Under the pieces are notes generated by a model that was given only the letters and a program-made list of their open reading frames with translations, was not told where the DNA came from and did no database searches. Below, piece by piece: positions 7,920 through 16,650 of a stretch of 64,000 nt of DNA. The translations under genes were made by a program, and so were the position numbers. The first letter of the stretch is position 1. Every line of letters starts with the position of its first letter. Source of the stretch: a virus (lineage: Duplodnaviria > Caudoviricetes). The stretch covers positions 1 to 64,000 of the IMG/VR virus record IMGVR_UViG_3300050645_000186. The stretch is one strand, 5' to 3'.

Positions 7920-8342
7920 ATGGGTATCAACATATTCAACCATGAGCATTATCCCGACCCCACGGCCTGCGCTGCGCTCACCCGGATCGAGCAAGCCGCC
8001 AGAAAAACATTCAGGCCCTGCGTGTTCATCTGCTCTCCCTTTGCCGGTGACACCGAACGCAACGTGGAGCGCGCGCGCCGGTACTGCCGCTTTGCGGTCA
8101 GCAGCGGGTACATTCCCATCGCGCCGCATGTGTATTTCCCGCAGTTCATGGATGACGATGATCAGGAGCAGCGCGACCTCGGCCTGTTCATGGGCATGGT
8201 GCTCATGAGCCGCTGTAAGGAATTATGGGTGTTCGGCAGCACCGTTTCGCGCGGCATGGCGGTGGAGATTGAAAAGGCCACGCAGCGCGGCGTCCCCATT
8301 CGGTATTTCAACACATGCTGCGAGGAGGTGCAGGCGGTATGA
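7920..8342 (+). CDS. DUF4406/DUF7768-like (nucleoside deoxyribosyltransferase-fold) protein
   Basis: VFICSPFAGD...IPIAPH...ELWVFG...SRGMAVEI. Confidence 0.75.
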   Translation: MGINIFNHEHYPDPTACAALTRIEQAARKTFRPCVFICSPFAGDTERNVERARRYCRFAVSSGYIPIAPHVYFPQFMDDDDQEQRDLGLFMGMVLMSRCKELWVFGSTVSRGMAVEIEKATQRGVPIRYFNTCCEEVQAV

Positions 8343-10849
8343 AAACCCTGAATATCCCGTTGGAGGAGTTCCTGCGTCCGTTTTTCGATCCGGGCGAAAA
8401 GATATGCCTGCGCATATTCGACGATCGCAAGACCGGCGCGTTCAAGGGCGCGAAGCTCGAAACGACCATCGCCGATGTACATGCCGCCGAGGAAACGCTG
8501 CACAAGCATAACGAAAAGAATCGCGGCATTTATTTCGTGGTCAATTACGGCGGCCACGAGGACAGCGACATCACCCGCATCAACGCGCAGTTCATGGAGT
8601 GCGACGATCTTTCTTTTGACGAGCAGATGGCGCAGATCGACGCGTTCCCGCTCCCGCCGTCGCTGATCGTGAAAACGAAAAAGTCTCTTCACACCTACTG
8701 GCTGGTAAAGGACGCCGATGTCGCATCCTTCCGCCGTGTACAAAAGCGCCTCGCGGCGCAGTTTTCCGGTGACAAGACCTGTGTCAACGAGAGCCGCGTG
8801 CTGCGCCTGCCCGGCTTCCTGCACTGCAAGGATGCGCCGGTCATGGTGGAGTGCGTCAGGTTCAGCCCCGAGCTGCGTTACACGCAGGCTGAGCTGGAGG
8901 CTGTGCTCCCTGCTGTGGAGGACGAGTCTGCCGCTATCATCGGGCCGCAGCATAAGGGTTCCCGCAAGGGGCTGGCGCTGGTCAGCCGCCGCTGCGACTT
9001 CATCCGGCATTGCACCGAGAACGCCGCGACGCTCCGGGAACACGATTGGTACGCTATGATTACCAACCTCGCGGTGTTCGAAGACGGCGATAAGCTCGTT
9101 CATGCGCTTTCCGCCAAGTACCCGAAATACAGGGCTGCCGAGACGCAGGAGAAGATCAACCATTTCCTTGAATCCGGCACCAAGCCCATGACCTGCAAGA
9201 CCATCGCGGAGAAGGGCTTCGCCTGTCCGAAGTTGGGCACCGATGCGTGCGCCTGCAAATCCCCCGCCGCGCTTTGCTACAAGCCGCTCTCCGTGGAGGA
9301 CTTGCGTGTATTTCTCGGGGAGCTTACGGTCTCTAAATCCGCTGTCGACAATGTCGCGCTGGCGCAGGGGTTCATCCGCGATTACCTTTACAACATCGAT
9401 CCGGTCGTGGCGGCTACATATATCGAGTACGAAATGAAGGAGCATTTCGGCCTCAAGGCCGGAGCCATGAAGCCGCTGGTCGCGGTACAACGTGAGCTGT
9501 ACAAGGCGTATCGCGCCAACAAAGAGACCAGGCGCGAGACGGAGGGCTCCGAACTGCCCGATTGGTACGAGGCGACCGAGCGCGGCGGCCTGCGCTTCCT
9601 GCCGGGGCTGCTGGCCAACTTCATGGCGGAGAGCGTCGATGCCTTTTACGGCGCGGGCAGCTATTTCAGCTATCAGGACGGCGTGTATTCCGAAAGCGAG
9701 GATTTATGGGCATCCGCCAAGGTGCGCGAGTTCATGATCCCTCGCTATGCCAGCATGACGGCGATCAACGATGCCGTGGGCCAGTGGCGTATGTTGATCC
9801 GCAAGCCGGTGCGGGAGATCAACTGCAACGCTTTTATAATCAACGTGAAAAATGGCCTGTACAACGTGCTCGACGATAGCTTCAAGCCGCACACGCCCGA
9901 GTATTACTCGACCGTGCAGATCAACGCGACATACAGCCCGGAGGCCAAGTGCCCGCAGTTTCTGAAATTCCTGCGCAGCATTCTCAAGGACGCGGAAATA
10001 CACCTGCTGCAGGAGATATTCGGCTACCTGATGGTGCCGGTGAACAAGGCGCAGAAGTCCTTCGTGTTCGTGGGCGCGCCCAACGCCGGAAAGTCGACCT
10101 TGCTCTCGGTAGCGCAGGAGATACTGCTCGGCAGCGAAAACGTCAGCAACATCCCGTGGCAGAACCTCGCCGACCGGTTCAACAAGGCGGAGCTGTTCGG
10201 CAAGCTGGCCAATATCTTCGCCGACCTGCCTTCAAAGAGCATTGACGACAACGGCATGTTCAAGGCGCTCACCGGCGAGGATTTCATTACCGCCGAGCGT
10301 AAGAACAAAGACCCGTTCTCGTTCCGGCCCTACGCGCGGCTGCTGTTTTCCTGCAATGAGATCCCCCGTAACTACGGCGACCGCAGCGACGGTTTTTACC
10401 GCAGGCTCATCATCCTTCGGTTTGAGAACGCGGTACCGGAGAGCAAGCGCGACCCGAACCTGCGCGAAAAGTTCTCTGCCGAGCGCGACGGCATCCTCAT
10501 GTGGGCGCTGGCCGGGCTGAAGCGGCTGATCGCCAACAGCTACGTCTTCTCCGAGACCGACGCGACCCGCGCGGAGCTGCTCCGGTACAAGATCGAGAGC
10601 AACAGCGTGCTGTCCTTCGTGGAGGATTTCTGCGAGGTGGCCGAGGGCAAGGCGGCCTTGCGCGACGAGCTATTCGCGCGGTACAGGGAGTATTGTGCCA
10701 ACGCCGGAATGAAGCCCGTGTCGCAGACCAACTTCAACAAGGAGGTCGAGACCGGGTATCCGGCCATAAAGCGGAGCCGGGATAAGCTCTCGAAGCGCCG
10801 TGTATGGCACGGGATTACCTTCTGCGAAGGGGGAAAGGGCGTTGACTGA
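8339..10849 (+). CDS. Phage/plasmid P4-family primase with SF3 (D5-like) helicase
   Basis: RepB-like primase N-terminus (SLHTYW, RVLRLPG); Walker A GAPNAGKST; RRLIILRF. Confidence 0.92.
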   Translation: MKTLNIPLEEFLRPFFDPGEKICLRIFDDRKTGAFKGAKLETTIADVHAAEETLHKHNEKNRGIYFVVNYGGHEDSDITRINAQFMECDDLSFDEQMAQIDAFPLPPSLIVKTKKSLHTYWLVKDADVASFRRVQKRLAAQFSGDKTCVNESRVLRLPGFLHCKDAPVMVECVRFSPELRYTQAELEAVLPAVEDESAAIIGPQHKGSRKGLALVSRRCDFIRHCTENAATLREHDWYAMITNLAVFEDGDKLVHALSAKYPKYRAAETQEKINHFLESGTKPMTCKTIAEKGFACPKLGTDACACKSPAALCYKPLSVEDLRVFLGELTVSKSAVDNVALAQGFIRDYLYNIDPVVAATYIEYEMKEHFGLKAGAMKPLVAVQRELYKAYRANKETRRETEGSELPDWYEATERGGLRFLPGLLANFMAESVDAFYGAGSYFSYQDGVYSESEDLWASAKVREFMIPRYASMTAINDAVGQWRMLIRKPVREINCNAFIINVKNGLYNVLDDSFKPHTPEYYSTVQINATYSPEAKCPQFLKFLRSILKDAEIHLLQEIFGYLMVPVNKAQKSFVFVGAPNAGKSTLLSVAQEILLGSENVSNIPWQNLADRFNKAELFGKLANIFADLPSKSIDDNGMFKALTGEDFITAERKNKDPFSFRPYARLLFSCNEIPRNYGDRSDGFYRRLIILRFENAVPESKRDPNLREKFSAERDGILMWALAGLKRLIANSYVFSETDATRAELLRYKIESNSVLSFVEDFCEVAEGKAALRDELFARYREYCANAGMKPVSQTNFNKEVETGYPAIKRSRDKLSKRRVWHGITFCEGGKGVD

Positions 10850-10859
10850 CCGATTTGCG

Positions 10860-10986
10860 ACCGGCGTGACCGGGAAAACCGGGCTTCTCCATTCCTTGCG
10901 TATATAACCACAATGGTGATATGCACTAAAAAAAGAGAAAAATATATATAGCGTCCCATTTTCCCGGTTATGCCGGTTTTGCCGGT
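10860..10986. promoter_or_regulatory. Putative replication origin of element 1
   Basis: ACCGG at 10860, 10869, 10878 and inverted CCGGT at 10964, 10973, 10982 (9-bp period) around an A/T-rich core. Confidence 0.65.
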
Positions 10987-11004
10987 CATATCCGCCCACG
11001 CGAT

Positions 11005-11316
11005 ATGCTGGAAAAAGACATCGTTTCCTCGATCCTGCGTTACCTCAAGACTGTGCCCGGCTGCTTTGCTTGGAAAGAGCACGGCGGCATGTACGGCACA
11101 GCCGGTCTGCCCGATATCATCTGCTGCATACGCGGCAGGTTCGTGGCCTTCGAGGTGAAAACCCCGTCGGGCAGGCTGACAAAGCTGCAAGAAATCACCA
11201 TTCAAAAGATCAACGATGCAATGGGCACTGCCTGCAAGGTTTCAAGTGTCGATGATGTCCGGGCCGTGGTGGACGGCCTCAAAAAACTTGAACTTGGAGG
11301 AACCCCTTGTGAGTAA
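11005..11316 (+). CDS. VRR-NUC domain nuclease
   Basis: GLPDII...FEVK PD-(D/E)xK motif. Confidence 0.88.
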   Translation: MLEKDIVSSILRYLKTVPGCFAWKEHGGMYGTAGLPDIICCIRGRFVAFEVKTPSGRLTKLQEITIQKINDAMGTACKVSSVDDVRAVVDGLKKLELGGTPCE

Positions 11317-11563
11317 TTTATGTTTCGGCAGCCGCAAGAACGGCTGCAAGATACTCGAAGTTGAACGTTGCCCCGAAAACTGCTCCTTCTTCAAAACGGA
11401 AGAAGGGTATGCGTTCGACAGGGCGCAGGCGCTTACGCGGCTGGCGAGCCTGCCCGCGCGCAAGCAGAAGCACATCTCCGAAAAATACTACGGCGGCACC
11501 ACGCCGTGGCGCAGCGGTGCTGCGAAGTCCGGCCCGGCAAGCAAAGGAGGGCGGCGCGTATGA
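11309..11563 (+). CDS. Small Cys-rich hypothetical protein
   Basis: GTG start after GGAGG; four Cys in CF..GC..RCPENC; overlaps both neighbours. Confidence 0.6.
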   Translation: MSNLCFGSRKNGCKILEVERCPENCSFFKTEEGYAFDRAQALTRLASLPARKQKHISEKYYGGTTPWRSGAAKSGPASKGGRRV

Positions 11564-11997
11564 CTGCAAAGCTGTTCCTTTCGCGGGCCAACAGGCTCGA
11601 CCTGCGGATCAACACCAAGCTGGAGCAATTGGTGCGCCTGCGCTCGCTTGCCTGTCAGGTGACGCGCTCAATCCGACATGACAACGTAAAAGGCAGCGGC
11701 ACGCCCAAGAGCGCCTTGGAGGACGCAGTGGTCAAGATCGTCATGGCGGAGCAGGATATCAATGACGAAATCGACCGCTTCGTGGACATCAAGCGTGAGA
11801 TCACCGACATGCTGGGCCTGCTCGATAACGACGACCAGCGGTTGCTGCTGGAGCTGCGCTACCTGTGTTTCGACTCGTGGGAGCAGATCGCGGACAAGCT
11901 CTGCATCAGCGTATCCTACGCATACCAACTGCACCGGGCCGCGCTCTATAGCTTTGAGGACATCCTGAACAGGCACCGGGGGTACATCCATGGCTAA
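11560..11997 (+). CDS. Late transcription activator (DUF1492/ArpU/RinA-like)
   Basis: LLELRYLCFDSWEQIADKLCISVSYAYQLHRAAL HTH; lies upstream of the late promoter. Confidence 0.82.
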   Translation: MTAKLFLSRANRLDLRINTKLEQLVRLRSLACQVTRSIRHDNVKGSGTPKSALEDAVVKIVMAEQDINDEIDRFVDIKREITDMLGLLDNDDQRLLLELRYLCFDSWEQIADKLCISVSYAYQLHRAALYSFEDILNRHRGYIHG

Positions 11998-12376
11998 GTA
12001 CCTCAACGTGCAGGAGGTGGCGGAGCTTGCTGTCCAGGTGGCAAAACGCATCCGCTTGCGGGTTCCCTCCGCCGCCGAGCTGCATGTGGCGCTCAAGCGC
12101 AGGCGCGCGCCCGCGCAACTGATAACCGACGGATACGCCCAGCTTTGGCTGGACAGGCTCTACGTTGCCCACAGTACCATCGACGATCCCGTGGTGCATT
12201 ATGTGTACCTGACGGATACGCACGTCGCGGAGGAATACTGTTCCTTCCGTACGGCGCGCGAGGCGCGTGCGAACAAGGTGTTCCTGCCCAAATGGATCGA
12301 GGTGCAGTTCGAAAAGGCGCTGCGGAAGATGGCTGCCGAGGATAAAAGCTATGTGGTTTTTGAAAGTCAGCAGTAG
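11990..12376 (+). CDS. Hypothetical protein (element 1 only)
   Basis: 128-aa ORF overlapping the upstream stop; no recognised motif. Confidence 0.6.
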   Translation: MAKYLNVQEVAELAVQVAKRIRLRVPSAAELHVALKRRRAPAQLITDGYAQLWLDRLYVAHSTIDDPVVHYVYLTDTHVAEEYCSFRTAREARANKVFLPKWIEVQFEKALRKMAAEDKSYVVFESQQ

Positions 12377-12421
12377 ATAGCACCCTTTCGCAGCCCACAG
12401 CAATCCAATGGGTGGTATAAT
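12369..12421 (+). promoter_or_regulatory. Late promoter of element 1
   Basis: Extended -10 TGGTATAAT (12413-12421); GCA repeated at 12370, 12380, 12390, 12400 in place of a -35. Confidence 0.65.
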
Positions 12422-12444
12422 GGTAGTGTGAAAGAATATCCGAG

Positions 12445-12480
12445 AAGCCTTCGCGGGGAAACCTGCGAGGGCTTTTTGTT
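12445..12480 (+). terminator. Terminator-like hairpin between late promoter and HNH gene
   Basis: 13-bp stem (12445-12457 / 12462-12474), GAAA loop, T-rich tail. Confidence 0.65.
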
Positions 12481-12501
12481 TGCCGCGAGGAGGTGCCGCC
12501 C

Positions 12502-12861
12502 ATGCCGAGGAAACCCAAACGTCCCTGCAGCCACCCCGGCTGCCCGGCGCTCACGGACGGCAGGTATTGCGAGCAGCACCAGCGGGAAGCGGACGCCCGA
12601 TATAACAAGTATGAGCGCGACCCCGCCACGCGCAAACGGTACGGCCGGACGTGGAAGCGCATCCGCGACCGCTATATCGCGGCCCACCCCCTGTGCGAGC
12701 AATGTCAGGCGGCCGACACGATCACTCCCGCCGAGGAGGTACACCATATCCTTCCTCTCTCCCGTGGCGGCACGCACGCCGAGGAAAACCTCATGAGCCT
12801 ATGCACGAGTTGCCACTCCAAAATCACCGCTCGGGATGGCGGGCGCTGGCACAGACGCTGA
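12502..12861 (+). CDS. HNH endonuclease (packaging-associated)
   Basis: HPLCEQC...EVHH...NLMSLCTSCH; upstream of terS. Confidence 0.93.
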   Translation: MPRKPKRPCSHPGCPALTDGRYCEQHQREADARYNKYERDPATRKRYGRTWKRIRDRYIAAHPLCEQCQAADTITPAEEVHHILPLSRGGTHAEENLMSLCTSCHSKITARDGGRWHRR

Positions 12862-12874
12862 TTTTTCTGTGGGG

Positions 12875-12965
12875 AGGGGCGGTCAAAATCTCTGTGTGCA
12901 TTCGCTCGGGCAACGGGCAGGGGGTCACGCGCGAAAAGTCGCGGTTTCAAACGGGGGTATAGGCC
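12875..12965. other. Putative cos/packaging region
   Basis: Between HNH and terS; TCAAAATCTCT and CGCGGTTTCAAACG are conserved with the same 57-bp offset in element 2. Confidence 0.55.
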
Positions 12966-13000
12966 CTCGCTTATTTTTGGGAGAAAGGAGTTGACGCGAT

Positions 13001-13555
13001 ATGGCAAAGGACGGTACGAGCCGGGGCGGCGCGCGCGTGGGCGCGGGCAAGAAGAAAAAGCCGCTGGCGAATAAGGTGCTCGAAGGCAATCCCGGCAGGC
13101 GCAAGCTGACGGTAATAGAGTTCCCTGACACCGCCGACCTCGAAGGCCGGGCCATGCCGCAGCCGCGCGACTACCTTTCCGGCAAGCAGAAAAACGGCAG
13201 GGAGCTGATTGCCGTTGAAATATACGAAAAAACGTGGCAGTGGCTCACCGAAAACCGGTGCGCGCACCTGATCCCCGCGCTGCTGCTGGAGCAGTATGCC
13301 ATGTCGGTATCCCGCTGGGTGCAGTGTGAGGAATGCATCACCGAGTTTGGCTTCCTCGCCAAGCATCCTACGACCGGTAACGCTATCCCCTCACCGTATG
13401 TGGCGATGAGCCAGAGCTTCATGAAGCAGGTCAACAACCTGTGGTATCAGATTTATCAGGTGGTGCGCGAAAATTGCGCGACAGAGTACAAGGGCGCGAC
13501 GCCGCACGACGATGCCATGGAGCGCCTGCTCTCGGCACGGAGGGGCGGCAGATGA
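13001..13555 (+). CDS. terS: Terminase small subunit (P27 family)
   Basis: RGGARVGAGKKKK...GNPGRR; position upstream of the packaging genes. Confidence 0.88.
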   Translation: MAKDGTSRGGARVGAGKKKKPLANKVLEGNPGRRKLTVIEFPDTADLEGRAMPQPRDYLSGKQKNGRELIAVEIYEKTWQWLTENRCAHLIPALLLEQYAMSVSRWVQCEECITEFGFLAKHPTTGNAIPSPYVAMSQSFMKQVNNLWYQIYQVVRENCATEYKGATPHDDAMERLLSARRGGR

Positions 13556-13731
13556 ACTTTTCCGAAATCAACCGGTTCGTAAAGCGCCTTGCCACCTATA
13601 AGGGGAGGATACCCGCGCAGCAGCTCAAGACCCTGCGCGGGCAGGCGCTCTCGGGCGATGTGGCTGGCGCGCAAAAGGGGCTGGAACGAATATGCAAGAA
13701 AGCGGGTGCCGCATGGATATCCGAAAAATAA
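13552..13731 (+). CDS. Small hypothetical protein
   Basis: Start overlaps the terS stop; LKTLRGQALSGDVAGAQKGL. Confidence 0.6.
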   Translation: MNFSEINRFVKRLATYKGRIPAQQLKTLRGQALSGDVAGAQKGLERICKKAGAAWISEK

Positions 13732-15008
13732 ACGCTGGGCAACTCAACCCTGCGGCGTACAATCCCCGCCGCGACCTCAAGCCCGGCGATAAGGAATATG
13801 AGAAGCTCAAGCGTTCCATATCGGAGTTCGGATATGTCGAACCTGTCATATGGAACGAAAAAACCGGCAGCGTGGTCGGCGGCCACCAGCGGTTGAAGGT
13901 GCTGCTCGATATGGGGCATACCGAAATCGACTGCGTGGTGGTCGATCTGGATGTACAGCGGGAGAAGGCGCTCAACGTCGCCCTCAACAAAATCCAGGGC
14001 GAATGGGACGAAACCAAGCTGGCTGAAATCATGGCCGACCTTGACGCGGCTGCGTTCGACGTGGCGCTAACCGGCTTTGACGCTGCCGAGGTTGATGAGC
14101 TGCTCAACCGCTTTTATTCCAAAGAAGCGGTGCAGGATGATTTCGATGCCGACGCTGAAATGGAACGCATCGAGGCATCTGGCACGGTCACACAACGCGG
14201 CGATATCTGGCTGCTCGGCAACCATCGTCTGATGTGCGGCGACTCCACCAGCGCGGAGGATTTTGAAAAGCTCATGGACGGTGCGCACGCGCATGTGGCG
14301 GTCACCGCCCCGCCCTACGGGGAAGGCATGGAATACGAGAAGGCGGGCATCGAACCGTGGCTCGACGCCATCCGGCTCGTGGCCCGAAACCTGTGCAGGC
14401 ACGCGGACATCATCTGCTGGAACTTGGGCGATCTGTATGCGACCGGCTCGCAGTTTATCGAGCCGACCGGCATGTACAGCGTGAACCTGTTTGGAGAAAA
14501 CGGGTTCCGACCCATATGGATTCGTATCTGGAAAAAACCTGCTGCAAGCAAGGCCGCCGGTTCGCAGCATCTGGCCACCAACAAGCCAGTACAGCCGTAC
14601 GAGTACGTTACCGCCTTCGCCGGGCAGGAAACAGACGCGTACAACGATCAGGAATATGTGTGGCTCTCCGCTTTTGCCGGGCACAGCTATCAGTTTGTAA
14701 AGCGGCTAACCAAGGAGGAGCGCAAAAAGTGGGGATACGCTGGCATATGGGAGATCGCCCCTGTACGCTCCAGCAAAAAGCATCCGGCCATGTTCCCCGT
14801 CGAGCTGCCGTGGCGGTGTATCAAGATGCACTCCGATCCGGGCGGTATCGTGCTGGAACCGTTTTCCGGCAGTGGCACCACCATCATTGCGGCGGAGCAG
14901 ATCGAGCGCCGCTGTTACGCGATGGAGATTTCACCGGTTTATTGCGATCTGGCGGTTAAACGGTGGGAGGACTTTACCGGCGAAAAGGCAATAAAAACGG
15001 CTTCCTAA
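13713..15008 (+). CDS. ParB-like N-terminal domain fused to beta-class DNA methyltransferase (catalytic motif APPY)
   Basis: YNPR...VVGGHQR ParB motifs; TAPPY at motif IV; EPFSGSGTT motif I. Confidence 0.88.
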   Translation: MDIRKINAGQLNPAAYNPRRDLKPGDKEYEKLKRSISEFGYVEPVIWNEKTGSVVGGHQRLKVLLDMGHTEIDCVVVDLDVQREKALNVALNKIQGEWDETKLAEIMADLDAAAFDVALTGFDAAEVDELLNRFYSKEAVQDDFDADAEMERIEASGTVTQRGDIWLLGNHRLMCGDSTSAEDFEKLMDGAHAHVAVTAPPYGEGMEYEKAGIEPWLDAIRLVARNLCRHADIICWNLGDLYATGSQFIEPTGMYSVNLFGENGFRPIWIRIWKKPAASKAAGSQHLATNKPVQPYEYVTAFAGQETDAYNDQEYVWLSAFAGHSYQFVKRLTKEERKKWGYAGIWEIAPVRSSKKHPAMFPVELPWRCIKMHSDPGGIVLEPFSGSGTTIIAAEQIERRCYAMEISPVYCDLAVKRWEDFTGEKAIKTAS

Positions 15009-15139
15009 TAAGGAAGCCGCAGAGTAATCGCAGGAGCAAATGAGAAGTTGATGAAGGGCGTCTTTACAGTCATACCGGAATACTTGTGTCCCGTTGCCTT
15101 ACCGATCGCTTTTTGAAGCAATGCAATAATTTTAGTCAT
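15005..15139 (-). CDS. Putative 44-aa antisense peptide in an AT-rich insert
   Basis: RBS AAAGGGGGAG; minus-strand extended -10 TGGTATAAT at about 15237-15245. Confidence 0.45.
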   Translation of the reverse strand: MTKIIALLQKAIGKATGHKYSGMTVKTPFINFSFAPAITLRLPY

Positions 15140-15274
15140 CAGCACTCCCCCTTTAGTGTTATTCTTCTCATCTGCGTATAATCCTGACGGACCTGTTAGA
15201 TCTGGTGGATCAGCAAGGGGGCCTTGATCCAATATTATTATACCATTTTGTACAAGTTCTTCAAGGAGAATGCG

Positions 15275-16531
15275 ATGAACATACAAAAGCTTCCCGCCGC
15301 TAAACTCAAGGCGGCCAAGTATAACCCGCGCCGCGACCTCAAGCCGGGCGACGCCGAATATGAAAAGCTGCGCCGCTCCATCGAGGAATTTGGCTACGTC
15401 GAGCCGGTCATCTGGAACAGCCGCACCGGCAACATCGTGGGCGGCCACCAGCGGTACAAGGTGCTCACGGCTATGGGCTATCAGGATATCGACTGCGTGG
15501 TGGTCGATCTGGACGAACAGCGCGAGAAGGCGCTTAACGTGGCGCTCAACAAAATCGGCGGCGAGTTCGATATTCCCCTGCTGACCGATCTGCTACGCGA
15601 TCTGGGCGCGGACGGCTTCGACGTATCGCTGACCGGCTTCGACGCCGCCGAGATGGACGATCTGTTCCGCGATAAGCCCGCCGGTGACGTGAAGGAGGAC
15701 GGCTTCGATGCGGATAAGGCTGTCGCCGAAATCGAAACGCCGGTCACGCAGCGCGGCGACGTGTGGCTCTTGGGCAAGCATCGCCTCATGTGCGGCGACA
15801 GCACGGATTTGGCCGACGTCAAAACACTCATGGACGGCAAAACGACCCGGTTCGTGTTCACCGACCCGCCGTGGAATGTCGATTACGGTTCGGATGCCAA
15901 GCACCCAAGCTGGAAACCACGGCAAATTCTCAATGATAAAATGAGCACCGAGGCGTTCGGTGCTTTTTTATTGCGCGCGTTTACCTGCATGAAAGAGGTA
16001 TCCGAACCGGGCTGCATGACATATGTGGTCATGTCCGCACAGGAATGGGGCAATCTCATGGACGCCATGACCGGGCTTTCCTATCACTGGTCGAGTACGA
16101 TCATATGGAAGAAAGATAGCCTGGTGCTCTCCCGCAAGGATTATCATACGCAATATGAGCCGATCTGGTACGGCTGGACGGAGGGTTCGCGCCTGTGTCC
16201 GCTCAAAGATCGCAAGCAGTCGGACGTATGGGATGTGCCCCGCCCGAAGGTATCCATAGAGCACCCGACCATGAAGCCGGTGACGCTTGTGGCAAAGGCC
16301 ATTCTCAACAGCTCGCGCACAGGCGACTTAGCGCTTGACCTGTTCGGCGGTTCCGGCACGACGCTCATCGCCGCCGAGCAGACCGGGCGCGTGTGCTGCA
16401 TGATGGAGCTTGATCCGAAATACTGCGATGTGATCGTAAAGCGGTTCATCGGTCAGGCAGGAAGCGACGAAACGGCGTACCTTATGCGGAATGGGAGCCA
16501 GATACCATACGCGGCGGTATCTGCCGATTGA
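15275..16531 (+). CDS. ParB-like domain fused to DNA methyltransferase (DPPW)
   Basis: YNPR, IVGGHQR; TDPPW; HPTMKP; DLFGGSGTT. Confidence 0.9.
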   Translation: MNIQKLPAAKLKAAKYNPRRDLKPGDAEYEKLRRSIEEFGYVEPVIWNSRTGNIVGGHQRYKVLTAMGYQDIDCVVVDLDEQREKALNVALNKIGGEFDIPLLTDLLRDLGADGFDVSLTGFDAAEMDDLFRDKPAGDVKEDGFDADKAVAEIETPVTQRGDVWLLGKHRLMCGDSTDLADVKTLMDGKTTRFVFTDPPWNVDYGSDAKHPSWKPRQILNDKMSTEAFGAFLLRAFTCMKEVSEPGCMTYVVMSAQEWGNLMDAMTGLSYHWSSTIIWKKDSLVLSRKDYHTQYEPIWYGWTEGSRLCPLKDRKQSDVWDVPRPKVSIEHPTMKPVTLVAKAILNSSRTGDLALDLFGGSGTTLIAAEQTGRVCCMMELDPKYCDVIVKRFIGQAGSDETAYLMRNGSQIPYAAVSAD

Positions 16532-16589
16532 CCAATTACTGATACGGCGTTTCACGCCAGAATTTGGTGGTGCTTTCACTCACAAATCT

Positions 16590-16622
16590 CTTGCTTTCTA
16601 CAGCGTTTAGAGCAATTAATGT
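16590..16622 (+). promoter_or_regulatory. Repeated promoter-like motif CTTGCT(A/T)-N12-AGAG-N5/6-ATG(T/C)
   Basis: Copies at 16590, 17509, 35455, 60936 and 62480, each upstream of an accessory gene. Confidence 0.6.
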
Positions 16623-16650
16623 TACTACCAAAACGGAAGGCGGTAACAAC

